From positions 52,926 through 72,925 of the forward strand of contig MEDY01000292.1 in NCBI GenBank assembly GCA_001724265.1: a DNA stretch of 20,000 nt, read 5' to 3'. Origin of the DNA: Rhizaria sp. SCN 62-66 (lineage: Eukaryota). A program made the position numbers and the translations under genes. How positions within the stretch are numbered: the stretch's first letter is position 1; the number at the start of each line of letters is the position of its first letter. Below, piece after piece: positions 19,345-20,000 of the stretch. A model generated the notes under the pieces. The model made no database searches, was not told where the DNA came from, and worked only from the letters and a program-made list of their open reading frames with translations.

Positions 19345-20000
19345 CGGTGGGTGGTCGGAAAGCGGGCGGCGCGCAAGAAACACGGCTGCGAAGGGACTGG
19401 AGCTAAGGAGCGCGAGAGTGAAGACGGACGAACTAACATGGTATAGCGGAAGATAACAATCACTGTTAGGTGGGACATAAAAAGAAAATTAGAATGAAAC
19501 GTTTTAGAAAACATCGATAAAATCAAAAACATTGCCACCTAATGATCAGGTGCGCGAGAATCCACCTCGATTTTTTCGATGCTCTGATACGTCGTCGCTC
19601 TGCCTCCCTGTCGGTCCCAGTGACCGAGAGCGAGTGTAAAAATGTGTCACCTAGATTGTTTTTTTAGGGTAACATCACTTTCTAGAAGTAACCGTTTGCG
19701 TGTTGCATGTTTAAGCCGTCATATACCTTGAGATAAGTTTTTTTTAACTCGTAAAAGTTGTCTTGTGCGATATCCTGAAACCATTTAACAAAAGCGTAAC
19801 ACAATAGTAACACGAACAGCTCTCTGTAGAACGAAACCCAACACCAATACTGAAAACTTACCTGATAGAGATTAAGAAAAGTGTGTTGAGATTCTACACT
19901 GCTGTTACGCGCGAGATTTTACATAAAGGGACTCTCTCACAGGAAATCCACAGAGAAACGGCACCCAACGACCTCCCAAGCTCCCTTTATTAGGGTGGTG

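Noticed and set aside
18808-19383. 191-aa unspliced ORF as the full COMMD product
   Set aside because: It starts at a non-ATG codon and reads into the intron. The spliced model restores the complete COMM domain.
19581-19590. GCTCTGATAC, resembling the reverse complement of an LTR-retrotransposon tRNA-iMet primer-binding site
   Set aside because: Lacks the terminal CA (TGG); there is no LTR or gag/pol nearby.
19853-19905. ACTTACCTG resembling the 5' end of U1 snRNA
   Set aside because: The following sequence lacks correctly spaced stem-loop I, an ATTGCAC loop and an Sm site. It reads equally as a minus-strand CAG|GTAAGT or as chance.
19923-19996. 9-bp inverted repeat ATAAAGGGA/TCCCTTTAT and a lone TTAGGG
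   Set aside because: Too short for a MITE call, with no target-site duplication evident. A single hexamer is not a telomeric array.

Overview
Gene-dense eukaryotic (protist-like) nuclear DNA: GC-rich exons, short AT-rich intergenic spacers and GT-AG spliceosomal introns with GTAYGT donors. Four genes are supported. (1) The 5' part of a P4-type ATPase (phospholipid flippase) on the minus strand, missed by the ORF track because it runs off the left edge; it has unusual motif variants such as NGET for DGET. (2) A hugely expanded (~2,800 aa) DNA primase large subunit (PRIM2/Pri2-like) assembled from three ORFs. All four 4Fe-4S cysteines are retained, and a single in-frame TAG lies between the N- and C-terminal domains. 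(3) A 3-exon, ~1,439-aa secreted protein of unfamiliar architecture: signal peptide, helical region, TSP1 domain, glycosylated Pro/Thr linker and an interrupted 7-bladed beta-propeller with repeated hydrophobic-hydrophobic-Glu motifs. (4) A 2-exon COMMD7. No RNA genes, mobile elements or CRISPR arrays could be supported. All family calls come from motif recognition by eye, not from database searches.
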